A stretch of 64,000 bases of DNA. Source: Vicugna vicugna. Its lineage: Eukaryota. This document shows positions 26,675 through 38,999 of the stretch, in pieces. The stretch spans positions 7,874,302-7,938,301 of the forward strand of contig MU058065.1 in the NCBI GenBank assembly GCA_013265495.1, in the 5' to 3' direction. A program made the position numbers and the translations under genes. Each line of letters begins with the position of its first letter. The first letter of the stretch is position 1. The notes under the pieces were generated by a model. That model had not been told where the DNA came from. It worked only from the letters and a program-made list of their open reading frames with translations, and made no database searches.

Positions 26675-27519
26675 CCTCACATTGGTCAGAATGGCATCAT
26701 TATAAAGTCTACAAATAACAAGTGCTAGAGAGGGTGTGAAGGGAACCATCCTACACTGTTGGTGGGAATGTAAATTTGTGCAGCCACTATGGAAAATGGT
26801 ATGAAGATTCCTTAAAAAGCTAAAAATAGAGTTGCCATACAAACTATAATTCAAAAGCTACATGCACCCCAATGTTCATATCAGCACTATTTACAATATC
26901 CAAGACATGGAAACAACTTAAATGTCTATCAATATGTGAATGGATAAAGAAGATGTGAGATAGATAGATAAATAGATGGATAGATAGATAGATAGATAGA
27001 TAGACAGACAGATAGATAGAGAGATATGATATAGATATGATATAGATATATACAGTGGAATACTACTCAGCCATAAAAAAGAATGAAATAATGCCATTTC
27101 CCAAAACATGGAAGGACCTAGAGATTATCATACGAAGTGAAGTAAGTCAGAAATAGAAAGACAAATACCATATGATAACATTTAGGTGTGGAATCTAAAC
27201 TATGACACAAATAAACTTACTTATGAAACAGAAACAGTCACAGTCATAGAAAACAAGCCTATGGTTACCAAAGGGGAAAGAGGGTGGAGGAAGGATAAAT
27301 TAGGAATTTCGGATTAGCAGATGCAAACAATTATATATAAAATAGCTAAACAACAAAGCCCTACTATATAGCACAGGGAAATATACTCAATATCTTGTAA
27401 CAAACAATAATGAAAAGAATATAAAAATATATATATATATGTGTGTGTATAAACTGAATCACTTTGCTGTACACCAGAAATGAACACATTGTAAATCAAC
27501 TACACTTCAATTAAAAAAA
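26675..27519 (+). mobile_element. 5'-truncated cetartiodactyl-lineage LINE-1 (end of ORF2 plus 3'UTR)
   Basis: ggtcagaatggc..tacactgttggtgggaatgtaaat..; 3'UTR ggattagcagatgcaaacaattatatataaaatag..ctatatagcacaggga..actgaatcactttgctgtacaccagaaa..aaatcaactacacttcaatt; TSD-like tatcctaggttc / tatcccaggctc. Confidence 0.92.
26958..27050. repeat. (GATA)n compound microsatellite inside the L1
   Basis: Direct: agatagatagata.. with GACA/GATG variants. Confidence 0.95.
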
Positions 27520-28139
27520 TATATATCCCAGGCTCAACTGTCTATGCTTTTTCTCTTCTTACCAGATTGATGTAGACGAGACTGGCCATCTTGGAGCCAT
27601 GTAGTGAAGATAGTGGAACTTCTAGATGGAAAGATCCTAGAACTTTCTATCACTACTTGGAGGAAAATAGCCTACCAATCAAGAAAACACATTTACACTT
27701 TTTGTGAACAACAAATAAGCTTCTACCATGTAGGAGCCATTATATGTTTTGTGATCTGTTTACTACATCAGCTAGTATACTGACCTGGGTTAGAGACAAC
27801 TTGTTCTGGCCCAAGAAAACACTGTCCAACACTCAGATTCTTAGCATGGGACTAAAGTTTGAAGTAGAAGGAAGAAGCTCAGAGACCATAAACCATGCCC
27901 TTCTTTATCTAAGCGAGGAAAAAGAGATACAGAGAAGGACAAATCTGGCACTATCTAAGGTCATGGAGACCTGAAGTTCTCTGCAGCACTAGAGCACTCA
28001 TTTTCAGGCTTCTCGTCCAATTTTATTTTCAGGACATAACATTGCCATTCTACTGACCGATGGCAAGTACAGTGTCCAAGACAGGCCTTAGAAAAGGACT
28101 CGGACAGAGCTCACTGTGAGAAGCATATTCTATAATCAT

Positions 28140-28330
28140 AACCCGAATCTCCCTATTAGCAATTTACATTGACTGATTTCTGTTCTGTCCTGAGAACTTG
28201 AAGAGTGTCTGATCACCTGTCTTTCTATAGTAACCTTCTTGACACTTAAGGGTGAGTATTAAATTACCCCTCCATCTTCATTTCTCCAGCACCACTCAGT
28301 TTCACAGGCATGTCTCATTTCCTAAGAAGT
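28140..28330 (-). mobile_element. Possible L3/CR1 fragment
   Basis: aaccttcttgacacttaag..attacccctccatcttcatttctccag resembles reverse CR1/L3 ORF2 3' text; highly diverged. Confidence 0.35.
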
Positions 28331-28959
28331 AAAAGCAATCATGATTAAGAGCCCCCTCACCTTGGTGGGGATGGCTGAAATGTTGGTCTACCCTGCACTG
28401 GCCCCATCATGCAGTCATTTCTTCCGTCACTCAGCAGTGCCCGCAGTTTTCACTCACAGGACAGCACTCTGGCAGAAGGAATAGGGGGATACTTTGTGTT
28501 GAGTCACTCTTACTGCAGATATTCTGCCCATTTCCACACTCCCTGAAGCCCTGTAGACACTGACCTGAGTCCACAACTGTAGCCCTACTTCAGCCAGGGG
28601 GTCTACCAATACCCACTTTTTGAAGGCTACGCCCAGTGGTCTTGAACCTTTCCTGATCCACATCCCTATCAACAAACTACTTCAATCATGTACCCTTAAT
28701 AGATATATTGAAATATTATAATACCTGTTAAACAGCAATAAAACCTGTTGAAATATTTAGAAGGACATACACGTGGTATATACAGATTACTTACGTATAT
28801 GATACAGCATTCACAAAAATAAGAATTTTTAAAGGACAAGATAAAAGGCTAATATGAATAAAAGTGCTAACAATTTCTTCCCTGGACCTAGTGGGTCATT
28901 CTGCACAGTTCCCTCTTTGGAGAACACTTGGTCCGTCAAAGTTTTTGAATTGAAGTCAC

Positions 28960-29320
28960 AGACTGGCAACTTACAGGCCAAATGTAGCCCACAGATGTGT
29001 TTTGTTTGGCCTGAACAATGTTTTCTAAATTTTCTATTAGCTTCCAGCACTTAAAAATTGGACAAGTTCATGTAAAAATCTAGAGGTTTATTTTTAATCC
29101 ATTTTCTTCACTGTTTTATCCCTGGTGCCTAATACATGGTAGGCACTCAATAAATATTTGTTTAATTGAACTTCCAGATTCTCTCAAAAAAAAAAATCAG
29201 ACTGACACACCTTCCTGGCCATGATCACCTGGAGCTGAGTAGTGATTACCCTCTTCAGCAGGGTGTGGGCTCACCAATTCTGAGCCACAGTCCCCACCAC
29301 TCCATTTTTGACTTACACCC
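28960..29320. mobile_element. MER102-like hAT element containing an L2 tail (~29085-29166)
   Basis: ggccaaatgtagcccacagatgtgttttgtttggcc and ctggagctgagtag..gccacagtccccaccactcc; the insert ends ggtaggcactcaataaatatttg. Confidence 0.65.
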
Positions 29321-29439
29321 AAGCAGCATCACTCACACCTGTCACCTGCTTGGCCCTTGAACAGCTGCTTTTGCCTTAGGCCTTTCCAGTTACGTGACGG
29401 CCTTGATCAGCCTCCATGAGATCAAACCAAATCAATATT

Positions 29440-29630
29440 CCGTCTGGAGTCCAAACACACAGGTTTGGGCCTGTTTCTGCCAATTACCCATTCTGGAATA
29501 ATTTGCTTTCTGAGGCACAGTCTCCTAATCTGGAAAATGGGAACTGTAATACCTTTACCAAAGGTTGTTTGAAAATCAGAATAAATGAGATAACATCTGT
29601 GGGCTGTTTTATGAATGTAAAGTATTATGG
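29440..29630 (+). mobile_element. MIR SINE
   Basis: tctggagtccaaacac..cagtctcctaatctggaaaatggg..ggttgtttgaaaat..aaatgagataa. Confidence 0.65.
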
Positions 29631-32058
29631 AAATTAGAAAACTTACCATTATAACAGCTGTGTTCATCTTCCCAAAGGAACAGCTGAGGAGATGGGGACG
29701 GAGAGTCCTAATGTCACCCTCTAAGAGCTGACCACCCTCCCCTGTGTTAGCCATGTCTCTCTGTACACCCCATCCCCAGCCCGACCCTATATCCTGCCAC
29801 TGTGAATTTCAGGTGTAATGGGAAGACAAATGAAGAGACAGGACAAAGAGTAAGGAAGAAGCCACCACCCTAAAGGTTGGATTCAATTTCTACTGATGAA
29901 AGTGACTCCTTTATTTCACTCATTCTCATGTCTAAGCCACTAAATGCTTGCGACGTATTTCACTGTTAGATCCCGGTCCCCGTGCTTTGCTCTCAGAGAC
30001 CAACACTGTGCCCAGTGTCTTTCTACACCAAATCCTAAGAGCCCTACAACCTCCACCTTTATCTGCTTGAGTCCAGACCTGTCATGGGCTTCTAATCTTG
30101 TTGTTCACCCATTGGACATATGCCCAAGAGAGCTTTTCTCTTCCACCTTTTTATCAGTAGGGAGACTATTTCTGTTACATACAAGACTATCTTCCTAGCA
30201 ATGCCTTCGCCCCTCCCCACACACACACGTGCACATACACACGCACTTTTCTCCCTTCTGGCTCTCCCATAAATATTTGCCAGCTATAGGCTGATTCATA
30301 TAAAATGGCCAACATTCAACCATTTCTGACCTAGGAAAATGGGTGATCTTATTATGGATCAGCTTAATACATTTAAACCAGAAAATCAGCCTTGGGGGTT
30401 TCTGTGACCTCTGAGCCCTCCTATTTCTAAGCCAAAGCCATCTGTTCCTGTCCATTTCTCATGGTGATTGCACTGAAGCCCTGAGAAAAACACTTCAGCA
30501 TCTCAAGTATGCTGGGGTTTTCCTTCCTCATGGACCTGAAATACAGTTGCCAGACAATTCCGTGAACTAGAAAGCCTGGTAAAAATATAGATTCTAGATG
30601 CAACAGATTCTTGTTCCTTCAGTCTCTTCCTATTCCCAGCAAGGGTGAGGGTAGGGGGAGGTGGGAAAGTTTATAGAATATGCACTGCTGGCTTGGGGCT
30701 AGGAAGTGAAAGCCTTTTTAAGGAAGGAGCAAGCACATCACCTGAGGATCTCCCAAATCCCACCATCTTGGAAGTCCCACATTTCCCCTCTCCTTGTTCT
30801 TTTAGCCCTTTATGAAAGAGGTTCCAAAACTCCTTACCTCTGGCTTCTTTTGTTCTGTCCATCAGCAGGAACTCTTTCTGCTACCTAAAGCCCTCCCTCG
30901 ATGTTGCCCACTCTTCAACCCAAGAGAAGAAGGAGGAGATTCCAGGAACGCTGAGAGGATCCCCCTGACTTTCCACTGATATCTGAAATGCTGTGCATGT
31001 CCCATAGAACATGTTTTGTGGAATCTTGCTCTGACTCTTGAGGGAGAATGGATGAGTTTAATGCTTCACCTTCCTCTTGGATGTGAAGAGAGAATAGGAC
31101 CAGTGAGGACACCAGACCTCTTACCCATCCACAGCACCCCTGGAACGAACACCGCTCACCAGCCTTGCAAATGGCTGTCCTCCTCTTTCCTGGACACATG
31201 CAATCTCTGCAAAGAGCAAAGGATCCCCAGTTGCCTGTTCTAGCCTATGACCCCCTCATCAGTCTGGAACCTAAGAAACCCAACATGAGTCTTCAATGGA
31301 CGTGGTTAAGACAAAGAGATCCAAGGGGACTCCACCCAAAGGGGAAGAAATTGAATGTCCAAGTATGATACATTCTCTTTAGTCCCGTTGCCCAATTTTG
31401 ATTAGACACACCCTGGCCTCCAAACTCATGCATAAGGGTTTTAACCTAGTCACACCCAGGTGGGAGGCCCTTGAGGACCTGCGGAAACCACGGACTTGGA
31501 CGTGGAGTCAAATTCCTTGTGATTCATCTGGATCCCACACATCAGCCTTTCAATTCTCTCTACCTTTTATTTCTCTGTTTCATCTATGGAATTTATCTCT
31601 CCACCTAGAATGTAAATTCCAGGAGGCTTGAGGTCATATCTTATCCTTCCTCTGTTTTTCCCTACAGCATCTAGTTCTCAATAATAGGTACAGAGGTACT
31701 GCTTTAATAAACAGTACTAAATTGTACTTAACAGACTCTCACCTGCTTTTTTATCCACCCTTAGAAAGAAGGGAGGTAAAATAGGAAAGCTCTCTTAACC
31801 CATCTCCTCTAAATGACTCACAGACTCAACTAATATACTCCATTTCCACGGAGAAGTAAACCAGACAAGCCCACAGCACACTGGTTGCTCACAGCCCCCG
31901 GGCCACTCTCTCATGCCCTAATGCGCTTCTGTTCTCACTTACTGAGTTGTTTGCTTATCAGGAGTCAGTTGTATTCCCAAATGTGTCCGTGCCAGTTGTG
32001 TTACTATAGTTATGGATTTTAAATAAAGTTACTAGAACAGATGCTTGTTTTTCCCAGA

Positions 32059-32515
32059 CTAGATATTCTCCATTTGTCTCTCCAGCTCCACTCTAACCTG
32101 CTCTGTGCCCCCGGAGGATGACCTGTATGGACAGAACCAATAAAGCCTCCTTGTCTTCTGGCCTCTGGCTGGATTCAGCCAATAGAAGTTATCAGCAGGA
32201 GACGGAAGGTGGGAGGAAAGAAAGGTTAGGCTATTATCCCCCTGACTCTCTCCTTGCCGATCTTGAGCTTGATAGTGGTTGAATTTCTCTAGCAAACACT
32301 GTAGCACCTGCCAGGCAGTTATCTCTTCAAGCTACCTGACAACATTACGTCCGGGGATGGGAGCAGCTTCCCACATGCCAGTCACTGAATCACTGTGTGC
32401 TTTAACCCCCACTTTCTGTTTTCCCTCAACCCTGTCCACACTGTGTAGTTCCTTTGCTAAACCCTTTTTAATCATTCCTTCTGAGTGTACCAGCTCTTTC
32501 CTGCCTGACTTAGCC
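32059..32515 (+). mobile_element. ERVL LTR33-like solo LTR
   Basis: cctgctctgtgcccccggaggatgacctgtatggac..cttctggcctctggctggattcagccaat..cagcaggagacgg..gggagga. Confidence 0.75.
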
Positions 32516-32705
32516 ACCAATGAACAACCATTTCATTCCCTCTTATTTTCTAACAGAACTCCATTTTTCTCTAATTCCCAAATTCCAAGTGCTTCAAGGA
32601 GCATCTCTCTCATGCCAGAGTTGTGGGAGGCAGGGGGACAAGATTTAAAAGATTGAGTAACTAACCCTGAAGTCTCACAGCTCCAAAGCAGCAAACGTGG
32701 GCATT

Positions 32706-33230
32706 TGTCTTAGCCTGGGTTGCCCAGAGAAAGCAGAGCCCTAAATGCAGAATTCTGTGTGGGTAGTTTATTCAGGAATGTGATTCCAAGATCAAAAGTA
32801 AGGGACAGGGGAATTGTAACAGAGAATAAAGGAGAGCCAATATTAGGATGAGTTATCAAATTGGCCACTATTAAGGGAACTGCATGGTTTATCATTTGAA
32901 TTGTATCTTGAGGTTGTCCATCCAAGGGGAGAAAATTGAGGAGTATTTACCCATCAGCAACCATCCCCCATTGGTTAAGGTCTGGCCCCATCCCCAAGTG
33001 TTCATTGCTCTGCACTTCCTGGTTGCATATATGGCAATGCCTAGCAGTGTCCCATGGGTGTCCCATATCGTACCATCAGGAAGCCCAGGACAAATTGCAA
33101 GAGGGCAGTGAGGTTCCACCTTTGTGAAGGGAATGAGTGGAAATCTCTGTTGGAGTGGTTACAGCAGCAGCACCTGGAAAGGATGAGCCCAAGAGGATAT
33201 AAAGTGATGGTCAAGGAGTAACTGATGCAG
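32706..33230 (-). mobile_element. ERVL LTR16-like 3' LTR
   Basis: tgtcttagcctgggttgccca..agcagagccc..tagtttattcaggaatgtgattcca is a reverse LTR16-type end, contiguous with the internal fragment to its right. Confidence 0.65.
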
Positions 33231-33776
33231 TCCACCTCTTGTGCCACTCAGAACTGTTCGTGCCCTCCCTCCCTTAAGTCTGATTTATTACAGAGTCTCC
33301 TTCAGGGTGTGGTGGTGAGCCGCATCTCCCCAGAGAATTAATAAAAAGAGAGTTAGTGAAACCAGCTACAGTCCCTACTGCTGCAGCCATCCTGAAGCCA
33401 TAATTAACATCCATCACCCTCTCCCTCCACCACTCTTCTAGATTTCTTCCCTCAGTCAGAACTTTGATTGGTCTGGGTTACCTTCTTAGTGGGGCATCAC
33501 TGGCCCTTAAGAGAACAGTCTGCATCTTTAATTGTCTTGTCTTTTTTAGGCCACTTGGGAAATTACTCATCCACTAATATCACTTAGCAAGGAAGCATAA
33601 GTCATAACCGATGAATCCCATGAATTCCAGGTATATTCCTCTCTGCCCTTTGTTGTATAGAAGCCATCATAGTTTCTCATATCAGTCAGGGTCAATTACC
33701 CCCGCCAGTGTGGTAGTTCTTTTCTTTGCCTGCCAGTCCATTGGCATGAGAAGCCCAAAGTGAGCTGGCAGTAGTG
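33230..33776 (-). mobile_element. ERVL (ERV3-16A3-like) internal fragment with degenerate dUTPase
   Basis: The minus strand from 33774 to 33685 translates LLPAHFGLLMPMDWQAKKRTTTLAGVIDPD*, matching ERV-L dUTPase including motif 3 GVIDxD(Y). It is interrupted by stops. Confidence 0.8.
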
Positions 33777-34894
33777 GTGGTTATAGAGGGCCCAAGATAC
33801 AACAACTTGCCACTTACCTTAGAAGGGTTGTTCTGGTGTGCTCCAAACCAGTGGGCCCCTTAAAACATGCTCAATCTTTGAACAAATAGATTCTGAATCT
33901 TTGTGGAGCTTAACTCCCACCTTCCGGCAAACATGTGTCTTAGCAAAGCCACTTCCTGCAAACCACTAACGGCGAGTCCAGGTAGCATGATCATATCAAC
34001 AGCATGAACAGGGTGCAGAAGAGGCTGCTCTGTGGACTAAACTCCTTTACAGAGAAAGCATTTATCCATACGGACTTCCTTCCTTCTTATGTCATTTATT
34101 TTTTCTGTTCTCCCTGGTGCAGGTGCTTCCTCACAGGCTAGGGGATTCCCAGAACCATAAGCTCCCTGGAGCACAGACCAGTCATAGTAGTTACATACTA
34201 TTCAGACCTAGGAAGTTCCTGGCACAAAAAAAAATTGTGGAATTGTACTAAATTATTTTAGTTAGGTTGATCCATAAAGGCTCTGAGCAATTCCTAGGGA
34301 TCACTGGTTGCCTTTGTCCAAATTCTCTGCCCCTGGTGCAGAAATGGAGAAACAAGGGTTTCCACTAAGATTTGTCACTGAGTCCCTCTTCCCTAAGGGC
34401 TGCCTTTCCTGGGATGCCTTCAGTCATAGAGAGTTCTCTTGACATCATCTGTTCAAATCAGAGCCCAGAGGAGCAGCAACAGGTAGAGAGAGCCAGGATC
34501 CTGGAGACAGAGGTTTGCCACCAAGACACATGGAAACATTTTGTGCACTCTCACAGCAGACCTTTATCCACTCCCCTCCCCATGTCACTGCATTTTCACA
34601 TTTACCATGCACCTGCTGTGTGACAAACACTGTACTTTTATATAGATTAGTTCACATCATGAAGAGCAGAAAGTCCAGATTATCCCTGGGCCAGTAGGGT
34701 TAGGGGATGATCTTGGGTAAATCCCTGGCCTATTTCCAGATCTCTGAAATGACTGAGTGTGCTATATGATCTCTCAGGATTCTTCCAGTCCAAATTTGCT
34801 AAAATTCTATGCAGCTCTGAGATCTAGTTTCCTTTCCAGCACAAGTCCCAGTAGAGCCTCAAAACTTCTCTTAACCTGAGCTTCTGCTCTTAAA

Positions 34895-35380
34895 GGGGAG
34901 CCTGAACCAAGGGCTTGAGTGCAAGAGGCTTAGCTTTTGAAATGATCCCAGGAAATAGGAGTTGGGCAAGGGAAGGAAGGAAAGGAGGGAGGAAGGGGAG
35001 GGAAGGAAGGAAGGAAGGAAGGCTAACCCAAGGGTTCGTTGTTGAGCTGGTCATCACTGTAGGAAACTGAGGCTCAGTCTCACTGTTATCTGAAGAGCCA
35101 TACAGAATGCACTCATAATTCCATGCACCAGAGGGATGGAAAGAGAGGAACGTTTTTCCATCAGCTCCCATCCCACTGGCCAGGTGTCTCATGAGGGTAA
35201 ACTCCCTTCTCCTTCCCAGTTCGTCCCCTTCTAATGAGCCAGAAGTTCTATACAGTCACATCAGAGAAGTCCCAGCAAGAAGCAAGAGATACAAGTTGCA
35301 GCTTAGACGGGGACTGTCCAGGGCTCTGAGCTAGTTGCCACAACAATGGTGTAAAAGGTGATCCAAGAGGATGTACAATG
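34895..35380 (-). mobile_element. ERVL LTR16-like LTR with a (GGAA)n tract
   Basis: gagcctgaaccaagggcttgagtgcaag..gatcccaggaa..ttgagctggtcatcactgtagg..ggctcagtc..catcagctcccatcc. Confidence 0.6.
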
Positions 35381-35558
35381 AGGGTTTGCCAGGTTTAGGA
35401 AAAATATAGTATGCCCAGTCAAATTTGAATTTTCAGATCAGCAATGAATATATCCTATGCAATCTTTGGGATATGCTTACAGTAAATAAATTATCCATTG
35501 TTCTGAAATTCAAATAATTCAAATTGACTGGGCATCCTGTGTTTTATCTGGCAACCCC
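35381..35558. mobile_element. MER53 palindromic MITE
   Basis: Ends agggtttgccagg / tctggcaacccc; perfect 12-bp inverted arms atgcccagtcaa (35411-35422) / ttgactgggcat (35524-35535); aatttgaattttcaga pairs with tctgaaattcaaat. Confidence 0.85.
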
Positions 35559-37029
35559 ATGTGCCGTGTACAATTGGGACTAGGAGACCTGCCACTCTAA
35601 GCTTCAGCCCCACTTCAATCTCCTTTAAGGATTTTATCTATTTGTCTTGAGGATCTTTAAATTTCCCATTTCTCCAAACCTTAGGTATAGAAGTGGCTCA
35701 GTTATGAATGATGACATGTGGTTCCTCTTTACAAGGCAGGAGAAGTGGCAGGAAAAGAAAAAACATGCAGCCAGGTGAGATGAAACCGAATTTCCAGTTC
35801 TTCAGGGACTCAAAACCCAGGAAAGGAATCCTACACTTGTTACAGACAAGACCTCGTGCGGGGCTCCCCACCACGCCCCTCTGTGGCTGTGGGCATCTGC
35901 AACAAAGCAACGCCTGCAGGGAATGAAAGAACAGAAATACTTATTTTCATTAATAATGAGGATACAAAGGTCAAAAGTCAGTGTTTTTTTCCTGCAAATC
36001 CTTTTGTTGTTTTCAGGCAGACTTCTCTTCTCAAAAATACCAAATGTGATCATCTTAAAAGCTCTAGAGTGAGTAGATGTTTCTTATTTTGAGGAATAAA
36101 AAATTTAAATGCTTAAAAAATATACTGTCTGTATTTTTTTCTTGTAGCTTCAAAATGTCCAGACCTTCTACATTTGTCCAATAGTGAGACCTCCTCAGCT
36201 TTCAGGCCATCAGAAGCCTGGCTTCCTTCCTGCCCAGATCCTTAATCTGGCCAGAGTGACAGCTCCCTTTGAGTCCCGGGACTTTATCCCTCATGCCTGG
36301 TGAGGATGAAGCTGAACTGTATTGAAGCTGCATTTGCTATGTTGGAACCTTGAATCTATCTCACACCCAGGGCCTCTGGACAAGAGGCAAAAGATGCACG
36401 CTCACGTTCGCCTGGAATCAGCCCCATCAACACCTCTCTGAGCTGTAAGAATTCCAGAGCATGGCTCCTATTGAGTCTTAGTTCCCAAAAGTAGGGTGGA
36501 AAGGACCATGGGGCCATCTTGGTGAGCCTCCTCATTCCATTGATGATGAAGCAGGAGGTAACTGGTCCAAGATCTACAACTCTATTTTGCCATTTGACAA
36601 AGTCAAGAGAACACAGATCTCCTTCCATTACCCCAACAAAGGCCTCACCCAACTCCTCCACCTCACCCTCTGATTGTATTACCTCCTTAGTATTTCTGAT
36701 GCTTCATTGTGGCAGGAGCCTAGATGTGATAACAAACAGAGCTCCCCACCATAACCCACAGGGACTAGTTTTCAAAGACTGCTACTGGGAACACCTATTC
36801 TTAAAGACTCAGAAGGCAGATCAGAGCCTTATGTTGCCCAAGTCAGTAACCTTGAACAGCTCACTGCAGGTGAAATCCTCATGCAAACCTTGGTTCTGCC
36901 ATTTAATATTCATGTAACTTTGGGCAGGTCACATAATCTTCCAGAATCCCAGCTTGCCTGAAAAATGGATAGGTGATCTCTGCCCGACTCATTGAGTTAT
37001 TGTGAGGTGCAAATGATTTCCCATGTTCC

Positions 37030-37220
37030 TTGTAGTAGCCACCAGCCAGATGGCTGCTTGAGTTGAAATACAAGGTAAGGTTAAGTAAAAATTCAATTCC
37101 TTATCCACACAAGCCACATTTCAAGTGCTCAGTAGCCACATGTGTCTAGTAGCTACCATATTGGACAAGGCAGAAATAGAACCCTGACACCACACAGAAA
37201 ATTCTATTGCACAGCACTAC
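37030..37220. mobile_element. MER3 hAT-Charlie MITE
   Basis: agccacatttcaagtgctcagtagccacatgtgtctagtagctaccatattggaca..gaaaattctattgcacagcact. Confidence 0.8.
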
Positions 37221-37229
37221 AAGAAAACT

Positions 37230-37690
37230 CTCATCAGCCATGGGGTCCTTCATAGTTTAGTCCCAGTCTACCTGCCCAAGTTCATTTCCTTCCACACCCA
37301 CCCATCTGCTCTCTTATGTTCTATACCAACCCACATGTTCTTCCTGGCTGGTCTTCCACCTCTTTGTGACTTTCTTCATGTGGCTTTCCTCTGTTGAGAA
37401 TATCCTCCCTAGTCTGTACCCCAAACTACCCTCTGTTGCTGTCTTCCTAGAAAACCCTGCCCAGCATTCCAGGCCCAGTGCAAAAAGTTCCTTCTTTGAG
37501 GCAGTATTCCATGATGCTCCCAGAAGGAATCAATCAGTCCCTTTTCTCTGGTCCCACCATTGATGCCCCAACTACAACATCTACACCATGAGACCCTACA
37601 TGGGTCTCTCTTGCTGGTCTCTGAAGCCTTTGAGGGCAGGGACTGGGTCTCATTAACCTTTGTACCCCAGGGGCTTTGCCCAGTCCTGGG
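37230..37690 (+). mobile_element. L2 fragment
   Basis: Pyrimidine-rich L2 text ending gcctttgagggcagggactgggtctcatt..tttgtacccc. Confidence 0.55.
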
Positions 37691-38600
37691 AAGAGTAGAG
37701 ATCTTGGTCAATGTCCAGACCATGTATCTTACTTCTCGCTACCACCACTCTCCCTCAGCACGGTGGCTCCCAGCTCTGGCTCAGTCACAGTTGTTTGCCC
37801 TAAAGGGAAAGGTTTCCGCACAGTCTGCCGGTTCCCCCTGAGCAGGCAAATTTGTGGGGAGAAGCCCAGTTTGGAAGTAGGGAGTCTGGGCTTGTTGGTG
37901 GCCATGGGGAAGAGGTCAGTGGAAGAAAGCAGGCCTCGAGGAGAAAAGCTGGCTCCTAGGAGGGAGGGGACGAGGAAGGGCAGTCCCAGAACACACACAC
38001 ACACTGACCATTCTCTTCCACTACTCTCTGCCTGACCTTTCTGATGACCATGCTGGCAGCTCTCCCAGCGTGCCACGCGGGCATTCTCCTCAGGGCACTG
38101 CCCCACGTGCCTGTCCCCCAGGCCCTGGGGCCGGCAGAGCTTCCTGCGGCTGAGCGTCCCCTGTGCCGGCAGCTCAAGGACCCCTCCCAAATGAGTGCAT
38201 CCATGCCCTATTCCTCACCGCCTCTCCCACCCACATCTTCTCCTGTGTTCCTTTGCTTTCATAGACTATGCAAATCAGTTAACAAGAGAAACATACATAC
38301 TTAATGTAGTACATCCTGTCTAATTTCTTATGTCTGTTTTATTTTTTACTGTTTTTTTCTAACACAATTATTGTATCAATTCCAGAAGTTATTGTAAAGC
38401 AAATGTTTTCAGACTTTTTGATTTAGGGAAGACTTTTAAAGATATACACCTTTTTTTTTAGGAAAAGAAGTTGAAATCACAATGTATTTTAGACCTCCCA
38501 TCCCATTAGCTCTTTTTTCCAATTATTTCTTAGCAAGAAAGTTTTTTTTTTTTCCTTTGTTTTTTTTTAAATACAAACACTTGTGTCAAGGGGTGACTTT

Positions 38601-38761
38601 TTTTAAAGGATTTTTTTAATTTATTATTTTTATTTTGGGGGGTGTAATTAGGTTTATTTATGTATTTATGTATCTATTTATTTTTAATAGAAGTACTGGG
38701 ATTGAACCCAGGACTTCATGCACGCTAAGCACACACTCCACCACTGAGCTATACCCTCCCC
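38601..38761 (-). mobile_element. Camelid tRNA-derived SINE (Vic-1-like)
   Basis: Minus strand reads GGGGGAGGGTATAGCTCAGTGG (A box)..GTCCTGGGTTCAATCCC (B box)..AAATAAACCTAATTAC plus an A-rich tail; TSD caaggggtgacttt (38587-38600) / caaggactgacttt (38762-38775). Confidence 0.9.
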
Positions 38762-38849
38762 CAAGGACTGACTTTCAATAGACCACAATGAGGTTTTGTT
38801 GTTGTTGGCTTTTTTAGGTTACTAATTTTTTGACTTAACAATGATAGGC

Positions 38850-38995
38850 TTTTAAATTTTTTTATCAAGTTGATATTGATTTATAACATTACATAAGTTT
38901 CACATGTGTGACATTCTATTTCTATTTCTGTGCTGCCCTCCTTCGTGCTCACCACCCAAAAATTTAGTTTCTTTCTGTCACCAGGCAGTTGATCC
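38850..38995 (-). mobile_element. Short L1 3' end (Laurasiatherian type)
   Basis: ttgatttataacattacataagtttca..gtgctcaccacccaaaaatttagtttc..gtcacca..gttgatcc. Confidence 0.65.
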
Positions 38996-38999
38996 TCTC

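Larger units (their letters stand above)
26490..27790 (+). mobile_element. MaLR LTR (MLT1I/J-like) split by an L1 insertion
   Basis: Left part ctacacttcccagcctccctgtagttaag..ctagtcaatagaatttgagcagaa..ccagtctggcccataaa; right part gccatgtagtgaagatagtgg..aacaaataagcttcta..ctgtttactacatcagctag. Confidence 0.65.

Noticed and set aside
38690..38761. tRNA gene
   Set aside because: The A/B boxes belong to a SINE head with an AT-rich tail and TSDs; it is not a complete cloverleaf gene.
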